From Staphylothermus hellenicus DSM 12710 (lineage in GTDB: Archaea > Thermoproteota > Thermoprotei_A > Sulfolobales > Desulfurococcaceae): DNA of 32,000 nucleotides. Positions within the stretch are counted from its first letter, which is position 1, and every line of letters begins with the position of its first letter. Positions 1-8,203 of this stretch are shown one piece after another. Made by a program: the position numbers and the translations under genes. Below the pieces are notes generated by a model that saw nothing but the letters and a program-made list of their open reading frames with translations, was not told the origin of the DNA and did no database searches. The stretch lies in contig NC_014205.1 in NCBI RefSeq assembly GCF_000092465.1, positions 870,001-902,000 on the forward strand, read 5' to 3'.

Positions 1-4
1 GGCT

Positions 5-562
5 TTGCCGTTTGAGTTTAGGAGAATGGATATCCCGGATGTGGTGCTTATTATACCTAAGGTTTTTGAGGATGAGCGTGGCTTCTTTATGGAGACTTAT
101 AAGAAGCCTGACTTTGAGAGGGCTGGGATTAGGGGTAACTTTGTCCAGGATAATCATTCTAGGTCTAGATATGGTGTTTTAAGGGGGCTACACTTTCAGA
201 GGGAGCCTTATGCTCAGGCTAAGATAGTTAGGTGTGTGAGGGGAGTTATATATGATGTTGCCGTGGATCTGCGTAGGAATTCGAAGACGTTTGGTAAATA
301 TGTTGGTGTAATTCTGTCAGAGTTTAATAAGTATATGCTCTATATTCCGAGGGGGTTTGCACATGGATTCCTAGTATTGAGTGAGGAGGCTGAGGTGATC
401 TATAAGGTAGATAACCTATATGCACCTGAATATGAGGCTGGGTTAATATGGAATGACCCTGATGTAGGTATTAAATGGCCTATAGAAGAACCTATATTAT
501 CTGAGAAGGATAAGAAGTGGCCGACGCTACGAGAACTAGTTGAGAAAAACCTTGTCTTCTAG
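5..562 (+). CDS. rfbC: dTDP-4-dehydrorhamnose 3,5-epimerase (RmlC, cupin), full length
   Basis: 185-aa ORF with the RmlC-type motifs RGLHFQ, AKIVRCVRGVIYDVAVDLRR, IPRGFAHGF and WNDP. The track start is TTG at 5 and an in-frame ATG lies at 26. The frame is open to the window edge, so the true start could be upstream. Confidence 0.9.
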   Translation: MPFEFRRMDIPDVVLIIPKVFEDERGFFMETYKKPDFERAGIRGNFVQDNHSRSRYGVLRGLHFQREPYAQAKIVRCVRGVIYDVAVDLRRNSKTFGKYVGVILSEFNKYMLYIPRGFAHGFLVLSEEAEVIYKVDNLYAPEYEAGLIWNDPDVGIKWPIEEPILSEKDKKWPTLRELVEKNLVF

Positions 563-570
563 GTGATTGT

Positions 571-1425
571 ATGAGGGTGGCTGTTATAGGTGCTTCAGGC
601 CAGCTGGGAAGCGATATAGTATTTGTTTTAGGAGATGATGCAATACCGCTTACACACCAGGATGTAGATGTAACTGATGCTAGTAGCCTAGACGTTATCA
701 GGGATTTAAAGCCTGATGTAATAGTAAACACAGCTGCCTATCATAAGGTGGATGAATGCGAGTTAAACCCTCTTAAAACATTTAATGTTAACTCTGTAGG
801 CGCGTTGAATGTAGCTAAGATTGCTAATGAGGTAGACGCTATAAACATCTACATAAGCACCGACTTTGTGTTTGATGGTAAGAAGGGTAGGCCATATAAT
901 GAGGATGACCAGCCTAATCCAGTAAATGTGTATGGTCTAAGTAAGTATATTGGAGAGATTGTTACAAGGAATTATTCGAGGAAATACTATATAATCAGGC
1001 TTGCCAGCCTATTCGGGGTTAAGGGTGCGCGGGGGAAGGGTGGGAATTTTATCGACAAGATCACTGAGAAAGCAAGGAGGGGGGAGCCTATCAGAGTAGT
1101 TGATGACATGATTATGAGTCCGACTTATACTAAGGATGTTGCTAGGATGTTGAAGAAGCTACTGGAATTAAGGCCTGAATACGGGGTCTACCACATGGTG
1201 AATGAAGGTTACTGTAGCTGGTATGAGCTTGCTAAAACTGTTTTCGAAATCATAGGATGGGATGCGGATATTAAACCCATTAAGACCCGTGATTTGAACT
1301 TAGTGGCTAGAAGACCCTTGTTCTCGGCTCTAGAGAACAGGAGGTTGCATAAGCTAGGGTTTAGGATGAGGCCGTGGAGGGAGGCCTTGAAGGAGTACTT
1401 GGTTGAGAGGGGTCTAGTCAAGTAG
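571..1425 (+). CDS. rfbD: dTDP-4-dehydrorhamnose reductase (RmlD)
   Basis: 284 aa. It has an N-terminal Rossmann motif (VIGASGQLG), then NTAAYHKVDECE, YGLSKYIGE (YxxxK) and an RPxFSALEN-like C-terminus. It starts 8 nt after rmlC. Confidence 0.9.
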   Translation: MRVAVIGASGQLGSDIVFVLGDDAIPLTHQDVDVTDASSLDVIRDLKPDVIVNTAAYHKVDECELNPLKTFNVNSVGALNVAKIANEVDAINIYISTDFVFDGKKGRPYNEDDQPNPVNVYGLSKYIGEIVTRNYSRKYYIIRLASLFGVKGARGKGGNFIDKITEKARRGEPIRVVDDMIMSPTYTKDVARMLKKLLELRPEYGVYHMVNEGYCSWYELAKTVFEIIGWDADIKPIKTRDLNLVARRPLFSALENRRLHKLGFRMRPWREALKEYLVERGLVK

Positions 1426-1434
1426 TTTCATGGG

Positions 1435-2460
1435 GTGTATGTCTTGAGGGTGCTGGTTACTGGGGGAGCAGGCTATATTGGGTCGGTATTGGTTAGGCTC
1501 TTGCTTGAAAGGGGGTATGATGTTGTAATCCTAGATAGATTGTTCTTTGGAAGAGATTCGATAAGGGATATAGAAGATAGAGTTAAGATTGTTAAGGATG
1601 ATATAAGATGGTTTGATCCATGGATTCTAGAGGGGGTTGATGCGGTATTTGACTTAGCTGCCCTATCCAACGATCCTTCTGGAGAGCTTGATCCCGAGAA
1701 AACCCTGGAGATAAATTATAGGGGTAGGGTTCGTGTGGCTAACTTATCGAAGAAGCACGGTGTATCTAAGTATGTTTTGGCAAGTAGTTGTAGTGTGTAT
1801 GGATTCCAGCCAGGTATTTTGAATGAGAATTCTAGTGTTAATCCGCTAACTACGTATGCTAAGGCAAACTATATGGCGGAAAGAGAGGTTATACCGCTAG
1901 GGGATAGGAAGTTCACGGTAACTGTTCTAAGACAGGCTACTGTGTATGGATATAGTTATAGGATGAGGTTTGATCTAGCGGTTAATGGGATGGTGAGGAG
2001 TCTATATAAGTATGGAGTGATTAAGGTTATGAGGGACGGCACTCAGTGGAGGCCTTTTGTACATGTGAAGGATACTTCTAATGCCTTCATAAAAGTTTTG
2101 GAGTCGGATGAGGAGCTGGTTAATAGGGAAGTATTTAATGTTGGAAGTAATGACCAGAATATTCAGATATTTGAGCTGGCTAGAAAGATTGCTGAGGCAT
2201 GTGGTCAAGAGTTTAGATATGAGTGGTATGGTAGCCCGGATAAGAGGAGCTATAGAGTGGATTTCAGCAAGATTAGGGATAGACTAGGGTATAGGACGAG
2301 ATTTAAGATAGAGGATGGTGCGAGAGAGGTTTGGAATGCATTGGTTAACGGGTTATTGGATCCAGATGATCCTAGGACTATAACGGTTAAATGGTACAAG
2401 AAACTGCTTGACATGCATAAGCTTATTAAGGAAGTCGAGCTTAATGGCAAGATCCTCTAA
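1435..2460 (+). CDS. NAD-dependent nucleoside-diphosphate-sugar epimerase/dehydratase (extended SDR); not a canonical RmlB
   Basis: 341 aa with TGGAGYIGS, SSCSVYG and the active-site region PLTTYAKANYMAE. The motif reads YxxxN rather than YxxxK. The RmlB-type NNYGP motif is absent. The start is GTG. Confidence 0.8.
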   Translation: MYVLRVLVTGGAGYIGSVLVRLLLERGYDVVILDRLFFGRDSIRDIEDRVKIVKDDIRWFDPWILEGVDAVFDLAALSNDPSGELDPEKTLEINYRGRVRVANLSKKHGVSKYVLASSCSVYGFQPGILNENSSVNPLTTYAKANYMAEREVIPLGDRKFTVTVLRQATVYGYSYRMRFDLAVNGMVRSLYKYGVIKVMRDGTQWRPFVHVKDTSNAFIKVLESDEELVNREVFNVGSNDQNIQIFELARKIAEACGQEFRYEWYGSPDKRSYRVDFSKIRDRLGYRTRFKIEDGAREVWNALVNGLLDPDDPRTITVKWYKKLLDMHKLIKEVELNGKIL

Positions 2461-2472
2461 TAGCACTTAATA

Positions 2473-3549
2473 GTGGGAGATGCCGTGAAGGGTGTTATTC
2501 TCCATGGTGGTGCTGGGACTAGGCTAAGGCCCTTCACGTTTACCGGGCCTAAACAGCTTATTCCAGTCGCTAATAAGCCTGTTTCACAATACGTTCTAGA
2601 GGATCTCACCAACTCTGGGATCAAGGATATCGCCATCGTATTAGGCAACATTTATCCAGAACTTGTAGTCAAATACTATGGTGACGGCTCTAGGTTTGGA
2701 TGCAGGATAACCTATATTAACCAGGGTAAGCCCTTGGGCATAGCCCATGCAGTAGGGCTTGCAGAAGAGTTTGTCGGCAATGATCGATTCGTTGTTTATT
2801 TAGGGGATAACCTACTACAACATGGAATAAAGAAATATGTTAAACGCTTCGAGAAAGGTGATCTGGATGCCTTAATCCTTCTGAAGGAGGTTGAAGATCC
2901 AAGGAGGTTTGGAGTAGCGGAGTTTGATGAAAATGGGAATCTGGTTAGGCTTGTTGAAAAGCCTAAGATCCCTCCAAGCAATTATGCTTTGCTTGGAGTC
3001 TATTTCTTCACACCAGTCATATTTGATATGATTAAGAGGCTTAAGCCTAGCTGGAGAGGTGAGTATGAGATAACTGATGCCATTCAAATGCTGATAGATA
3101 ACGGATACAAGGTTGGATACGAGATCGTGAAGGGATGGTGGTTTGACACAGGTAAGGCCAGCGATATACTGACGGTGAACGCGGTCATACTAGATGAACG
3201 GGTAAGGAGGGAGATAAAGGGGGACATTATTAATTCTAAGATTGAGGGGAGAGTCCGGATAGGTAAGGGCACAAGGATTATAGATAGTGTGGTCAGGGGT
3301 CCAGCAGTAATAGGTGAGGGCTGTGTTATTAGGAACTCGTTTATAGGCCCATATACGAGTATAGGGAATAATGTGGAGATTAGTGGTAGTTCGATAGAGT
3401 ACTGTATTATACTTGACGATGCCGTCATCAAGGATATTGATAGGATCGAGGAGAGCCTAATAGGTAAGAAGGCCAAGGTTATTAAATCACCGGGCAACAG
3501 GAAATTTTTAAAGCTTAATATAGGGGATTATTCACAAGTCAAGCTATAG
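2473..3549 (+). CDS. rfbA: Glucose-1-phosphate thymidylyltransferase-like sugar nucleotidyltransferase, long archaeal form with a C-terminal left-handed beta-helix
   Basis: It carries GVILHGGAGTRLRPFT (the G-x-G-T-R signature) and KPLGIAHAV. The C-terminus has hexapeptide-like repeats (IGKGTRIIDSVVRGPAVIGEGCVIRNSFIGPYTSIGNNV). The GTG at 2485 would give the canonical MKGVIL N-terminus and may be the real start. Confidence 0.85.
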   Translation: MGDAVKGVILHGGAGTRLRPFTFTGPKQLIPVANKPVSQYVLEDLTNSGIKDIAIVLGNIYPELVVKYYGDGSRFGCRITYINQGKPLGIAHAVGLAEEFVGNDRFVVYLGDNLLQHGIKKYVKRFEKGDLDALILLKEVEDPRRFGVAEFDENGNLVRLVEKPKIPPSNYALLGVYFFTPVIFDMIKRLKPSWRGEYEITDAIQMLIDNGYKVGYEIVKGWWFDTGKASDILTVNAVILDERVRREIKGDIINSKIEGRVRIGKGTRIIDSVVRGPAVIGEGCVIRNSFIGPYTSIGNNVEISGSSIEYCIILDDAVIKDIDRIEESLIGKKAKVIKSPGNRKFLKLNIGDYSQVKL

Positions 3550-3576
3550 GAGGTAGAGAAAGTATACTCCATTAAT

Positions 3577-4002
3577 GTGATCCTTTCTTCACTCAGTAAG
3601 CCTAGGGGAGATATTGTTAGAGATCTCTACTACCAGCTCGAACCTATGGAGCAGGGTAGGCTTATAACAGTACTGCGTGGGAGAATACTTGATGTAGCTG
3701 TTGATATTCGTCGTGGAAGCCCTTGGTATGGTAAATATGTTGCTGCAGAGTTAAGCGGGGATAATCACCTTCTACTATGGATACCGCCAGGATTCGCGCA
3801 TGGATTCCAAGCATTAGAAGACGATACAATAGTCTTATACCTGGTAACAAAAGAGTATAGCCCAGAACATGAGCGTTGCATAAGATGGGATGACCCAGAG
3901 ATAAGTATAGATTGGCCAGTCAAGCCAGCAATAGTTAGCGAGAAGGATAAGAAATGTCCTCCGTTAAGCCAAGCAGAGACAAACTTCAAGTATCCCTTCT
4001 AG
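3577..4002 (+). CDS. N-terminally truncated RmlC paralog, probably non-catalytic or a pseudogene
   Basis: 141 aa that align with residues ~46-185 of the rmlC at 5-562 (ILDVAVDIRRGSPWYGKY, IPPGFAHGF, WDDP). The first ~45 residues are missing and only 27 nt separate it from rmlA. RGLHFQ has become RDLYYQ and AKIV has become GRLI. Confidence 0.7.
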   Translation: MILSSLSKPRGDIVRDLYYQLEPMEQGRLITVLRGRILDVAVDIRRGSPWYGKYVAAELSGDNHLLLWIPPGFAHGFQALEDDTIVLYLVTKEYSPEHERCIRWDDPEISIDWPVKPAIVSEKDKKCPPLSQAETNFKYPF

Positions 4003-4522
4003 GATTCCAGATGCTCCACAATATATTTAAAACTACTCGGTCATTACAAGAGCTTGGATGATTCAAGCACATAGAAACTAGGATTAAAGGAATCTTGGAA
4101 GACTAATATGTAAGCCCCTCAATGAAACCAGAGGCTGGAAGGTTAGCCGTAGCCAAAATTACAAAGGCAACAAAAGTCACGGCTAACCAGAACAGAAAAT
4201 TAGCCTGGGAAGCAGTAGGAGAGATTGGGAAGGGCTACTTTCTGCGGGGGATAATAGGGGGTGATGTTATTTTCTCTTTACTAATAGAATGGTTTGTGGG
4301 TAGATATTATTCTGATCTGGCCTTTGAAAAATGTATTGGCTCTTCTATTTCAATATTTTCGTTTAGGCCTCAATAATGCCTGGATTGCATCTATGTTGCT
4401 TCTAAGATGCGATTTATGGTTTTGAAGAGCCATAGTCTAGTTTTAATACCATGTATCATGGTAATATTGTGCTGGAATATTTGTGATGGAATATTATTGA
4501 AGATTAATGTTGCAGTTTACTC

Positions 4523-5941
4523 TTAAAGAGATATTATCTTAGCTTCTATTTCTCTTAAAGCCTTCATGATCTCTCTTCTAAATTCCTCCATATTTAATAT
4601 TATAATGTATGGTGGTTTATCTAAGAACTTACTTGTGATCCCTTTCTCATGCATTCTCTCTACAATTTTCTTCAGATCTTCTTTAGAAACTCTAAAACAT
4701 GCTAAGACTTCATCAAGTGATTCCAAGCCAGCCTCTCTATAAGCTCTATCTCCCACTATATATGTAGCAATTATAGTGTTAAACTCGTTTAATAGACCGC
4801 TTTTGTCAAGTCTATGTAAAGCTTCATCTCGTGTCATCTTGAGTATATAATCCGCTAGCTCGGGAACGATACAGATTTTATCACCATAATATTTCCCTTT
4901 AGACCCGTACATCCCACCTATAAATGCTAGTTGAAGCTTCTCGAATCTTTTAGCGAACTCTATACATTTCTTCAATACTATAGGCAAATTTGAAGAGTTT
5001 ATTGCGAACAAGTAAGCCTCGGGTGGTATTCTTAAGTTTGATATATTATCATAAAGCCACTCTATATTATAAGAGATCCCTACTATGCTTCCAGCGACCT
5101 CAAGGTTTTCGGGAAGCTCGAGACAGCAAAGCTGCTTTCTACCTACTCTCTTCCAACAAGTTATAGATGTTATGAACGGTATGATGATATTATATTTACT
5201 TATTTCTTCCTTGATCTTAGGCTCGTTGTTAAGTATCTCTTTCATAGCAATACTGCGTGCTAGTTCTTCACCATATTGCGAAAGTGATGCGAGAAATATC
5301 TTTCCACTAGCATATGCACCTCGACCTTCGATATTGATGATCCTCATCTGTCTTAATATTTCAACCATTCTAAGGTCTTCATAAACATCTACAAACTGCT
5401 CTGATGAGTAAAGAGGTATGTATACAGTTTTAAATAATGTTTCTCCAAGTGCATATGTTTTAAGTATAAATCTTAAGGAATAATCGATAAATTCTGGAAA
5501 ACCTAGTTCCTCGGCTAAGTATCTCTTAAACTCCTCGAGCCTACCTATTGGGGGTAGAAGCTTACAAGGTATTTCGCCAGGGTATGGATGATACGTCATA
5601 GGTGTATCGAGGAGATACCTAAGATAATATTCAAACTTCTCCGGCCTTATCACTCTTATATCGCCAACCGGTGGTAGTTCTTCATATGGTTTAAGTAAGA
5701 TCACAAACTTTAAGTCATAGTTTACTTTCCTAAGCTTATCAAGATCTTTTGCTAAATCAGATGTCTTACTGATCTCTACAGCTATAGAATATCCTTTACA
5801 TAAATCATTATTAACACACTTACCAGCCACATCAATCCTTCCTACCGAAGTCCAAACCTCTGCTCTAGCATCAAAACCATAATATATCAGAAGATCAACT
5901 ATGTATTTTTTAACGGCTTCATGATCATAGAGAAAGCTCAT
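4523..5941 (-). CDS. Hypothetical 472-aa protein with an N-terminal PD-(D/E)xK nuclease-like motif and an uncharacterised C-terminal part
   Basis: A long ATG-initiated ORF. The N-terminus reads as helix (HEAVKKYIVDLLIYYGF), strand (AEVWTS), GRIDVAG (D37), then YSIAVEISK (E56, K59). I recognise no other family motif. It is visibly more AT-rich than its neighbours and is flanked by 520 and 434 nt of non-coding DNA. Confidence 0.6.
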   Translation of the reverse strand: MSFLYDHEAVKKYIVDLLIYYGFDARAEVWTSVGRIDVAGKCVNNDLCKGYSIAVEISKTSDLAKDLDKLRKVNYDLKFVILLKPYEELPPVGDIRVIRPEKFEYYLRYLLDTPMTYHPYPGEIPCKLLPPIGRLEEFKRYLAEELGFPEFIDYSLRFILKTYALGETLFKTVYIPLYSSEQFVDVYEDLRMVEILRQMRIINIEGRGAYASGKIFLASLSQYGEELARSIAMKEILNNEPKIKEEISKYNIIIPFITSITCWKRVGRKQLCCLELPENLEVAGSIVGISYNIEWLYDNISNLRIPPEAYLFAINSSNLPIVLKKCIEFAKRFEKLQLAFIGGMYGSKGKYYGDKICIVPELADYILKMTRDEALHRLDKSGLLNEFNTIIATYIVGDRAYREAGLESLDEVLACFRVSKEDLKKIVERMHEKGITSKFLDKPPYIIILNMEEFRREIMKALREIEAKIISL

Positions 5942-6030
5942 ATTTAAACACCCTTAAAAAATGTATTTTGTTGCCTGTATATCTTTTTCCTTGTGTTTTT
6001 TGTGTTATCTTTAATTCCGACTCTAAGTAT

Positions 6031-6323
6031 TTAGAGGAGTTCTTCTTGTAAGTTGGAAAGCCCAAAACTATTCCCTAGTTAGGAGAGGTGAGTTATTCCT
6101 AGACTTCTTAACTTTTTATACTTAATGATTGAGGGATGGAGTTAAGCATATGAGTATTGGTAGTATAGGTTTTTCATTTACCCAGACTCTCTGACTACGC
6201 ATCCAGCCTTGATCGTGCTTCTGTTTTATTGTTCCCCCGAAGTTCTTTAAGAAGTACCTTAATACATAAGTATGGACTATCTAGCGATAAGTATTTGTGG
6301 TTCCAGACGATATAGATTAACAT
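6031..6323 (-). pseudogene. Decayed IS200/IS605-family tnpA (Y1/HUH transposase) remnant
   Basis: My own translation gives three pieces:

- 6323-6195: MLIYIVWNHKYLSLDSPYLCIKVLLKELRGNNKTEARSRLDA*
- 6196-6122, after a frameshift: SQRVWVNEKPILPILICLTPSLNH*
- 6123-6031, after another shift: KYKKLRSLGITHLS*LGNSFGLSNLQEELL*

These resemble the IS608 TnpA blocks YHIVWCPKYRRKVL, DKDHIHILADIDPSFG and KFIKTAKGRSSRIL. The HUH histidines are replaced by I-L-P. Confidence 0.4.
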
Positions 6324-6375
6324 GGCTTTCATACTATGTATAGTCTTTAAAGCACGTTTTTAGAATATGTATGTT

Positions 6376-7698
6376 TTAATGCTTTTTTGGGTGTTTTATT
6401 AGTGTGTAGAGTAGTGATATTAGGATGAGTGTTGGTATGGAGCTGCCTAGTGTGTTGCCTGTCTCGGTGAATACTGGTATGTATGCTCCTGGTATGAGTG
6501 ATGCTGCTGCTAAGAGCATGTAGAATATGAAGCCTATACCCCATATAGTTATTGCTGAGTAATCCATTGTTTTCCCTGGGTTAAGGATCTTTTCTGGCTG
6601 CTTATAGGTTTCCTTATCCAGTAAGTAATCCATTACAAGAATTGCTGTAAGGCTTACGAATGCTCCACCTATTAGTAGTAGGAACCACTCATATTCTTCT
6701 ATAGGGAAAATTAATGCTAACACTGTCCCCAATACACCAACAAATATTATCTGTTTCCTAGCATCAGCTTTTGAAAATACATTCTTATACGTTATCGCCG
6801 CACTATATATGTCGAGAAATGTTGTAGTTGCTGTTGAAAATATTATTATAAGCATAGCAGGCACTCCTAACCCATAAACAACAATAATTGATATAGGGTC
6901 AAGACGTTTCAGCGTAAGATTCGATAAGGCTCCTAAGAAATAGAATAAACCGCTTGATATAAAGTATCCTATATAGCTTCCCCAAAATGCATGGCTTGGT
7001 TTCTTAGAGAATCTAGCATAATCTGCTATAAGTGGCGCCCAAGATACAGGCATAGCTATCACTAGATCTAATGCTACCCAGAAACCAGCCCAACTCTCCT
7101 CCACAGCCCATAATGAGCCAAGATCTATTCTTGTCAATACTACATAGGTAAGCCATACAGATAATATGAGAAGCAGTGCTGCAGCAACCTCCTCCAAAAA
7201 CCCCCACTTCTCAGGACCGACAAGAGTCCATAATGTAACTATTATGCCTAGGAATATTATCCATACATGGTATAAGCTGAGCCCCCATAATGTATTCGAT
7301 ACACTATCCATTGCAAGAGCTCCTACAACAAGCATTACAGCAGTCCATCCAATAAGTTGTAGATAATTAAGAATTGATGGAAGATATGAGCCTTTCAAAC
7401 CAAGAGGCTTCCTAGCCAACACCATTGTTGGCAAACCAGAATCTGCACCGGCAAGACCAACAATAGACAACAACAGATTCCCCACAGCATGACCAAGAAT
7501 TATCGCCAACAAGGATAGTTTAAGACCAAGCGACAAAGGCTCAGCAACAAGTAGTGCACCAGCCCAAAACTCAGCAATACTAATACCTGCACCAAACCAT
7601 ATAGTAAAGTTCTCCATAAACCCATATCCCCGCTTATCCCTAGGAACAGGCTCTATAGAGTATCCATAAGAAGACAATACACAACACCATGCAACCAA
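6376..7698 (-). CDS. NCS1-family permease (cytosine/purine/uracil/thiamine-precursor type)
   Basis: 440 aa and multi-pass. The N-terminus (IEPVPRDKRGYGFMENFTIWFGAGISIAEFWAGALL ... GLPTMVLARKPLGLKGSYLPSILNYLQLIGW) matches the CodB/NCS1 pattern. The start is TTG. Confidence 0.8.
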   Translation of the reverse strand: MVAWCCVLSSYGYSIEPVPRDKRGYGFMENFTIWFGAGISIAEFWAGALLVAEPLSLGLKLSLLAIILGHAVGNLLLSIVGLAGADSGLPTMVLARKPLGLKGSYLPSILNYLQLIGWTAVMLVVGALAMDSVSNTLWGLSLYHVWIIFLGIIVTLWTLVGPEKWGFLEEVAAALLLILSVWLTYVVLTRIDLGSLWAVEESWAGFWVALDLVIAMPVSWAPLIADYARFSKKPSHAFWGSYIGYFISSGLFYFLGALSNLTLKRLDPISIIVVYGLGVPAMLIIIFSTATTTFLDIYSAAITYKNVFSKADARKQIIFVGVLGTVLALIFPIEEYEWFLLLIGGAFVSLTAILVMDYLLDKETYKQPEKILNPGKTMDYSAITIWGIGFIFYMLLAAASLIPGAYIPVFTETGNTLGSSIPTLILISLLYTLIKHPKKH

Positions 7699-7916
7699 CC
7701 AGCTGTGGCCCTGTACTAAATATATTGATAAACAAGTTATAAAGATTATAATAACCAGGTAATCAATAATTAGTTATTAATAAGATACTGGAAACTAAAA
7801 AGATAACACTATAAAGCCGTAACTAATACTGTCTAAAACACAGTAGTGCTGGACCCTTGGAAACCATGTAGTAAATTATCAGTGGAATAGGTGTAGTAGG
7901 TGGGTTTAGCTAAGGA

Positions 7917-7924
7917 TTTATATA
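7917..7924 (+). promoter_or_regulatory. TATA-box-like element (TTTATATA) upstream of vapB-1
   Basis: It is centred ~28 nt upstream of the GTG start at 7949. That spacing fits an archaeal promoter driving a leaderless or short-leader mRNA. Confidence 0.4.
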
Positions 7925-7948
7925 GAGTAGTGGGATAAACATAAATGG

Positions 7949-8203
7949 GTGGGATTAGTGAGTGTGGTGGTTAGGGTTGATAGTAAGGGACGAATAGTTA
8001 TTCCAAAGAATATTCGGGAGGCTCTAGGTATAAGGGAGAAGCAGTTGTTAATGCTAAGGATAGTTGATGGCAAGATAGTATTGGAGCCTATTGGGGATGT
8101 CGCGGATAAATATTATGGTGTTGTAAGGGTTGAGAAGTGGCCAAGCGATCTAGACGAGTTCTTAGCTGGGGCTGTCCGGGAATGGTGGAGAAGAAGTACG
8201 TAG
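7949..8203 (+). CDS. vapB: AbrB/SpoVT-family antitoxin (VapB)
   Basis: 84 aa carrying VRVDSKGRIVIPKNIREALGI, the swapped-hairpin AbrB motif. It overlaps the downstream PIN gene by 22 nt. Confidence 0.85.
   Translation: MGLVSVVVRVDSKGRIVIPKNIREALGIREKQLLMLRIVDGKIVLEPIGDVADKYYGVVRVEKWPSDLDEFLAGAVREWWRRST

Noticed and set aside
3084-3497. 137-aa minus-strand ORF inside rmlA, together with the other antisense ORFs in the track: 492-731, 1209-1421, 1473-1670, 2002-2208, 2250-2450, 2457-2651, 2796-2981, 2872-3087, 3662-3850 and 3765-3989
   Set aside because: They are shadow ORFs opposite well-supported genes, with low-complexity S/L/I-rich translations and no motifs.
4122-4376. 84-aa plus-strand ORF in the spacer after the rml operon
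   Set aside because: It has no recognisable motif and its residue composition is odd. It spans the 10-bp inverted repeat and the point where base composition flips, so it is more likely non-coding.
4523-5941. Possibility that the 472-aa protein is a TnpB/OrfB
   Set aside because: It has no C-terminal CxxC...CxxC zinc ribbon and no recognisable RuvC-I/II/III blocks, and its N-terminus is unlike TnpB.
6125-6200. C/D-box sRNA-like spacing (AATGATTGA ... CTCTCTGAC)
   Set aside because: The C box is non-canonical, no clear C'/D' boxes are present, and the region is better explained as tnpA debris.
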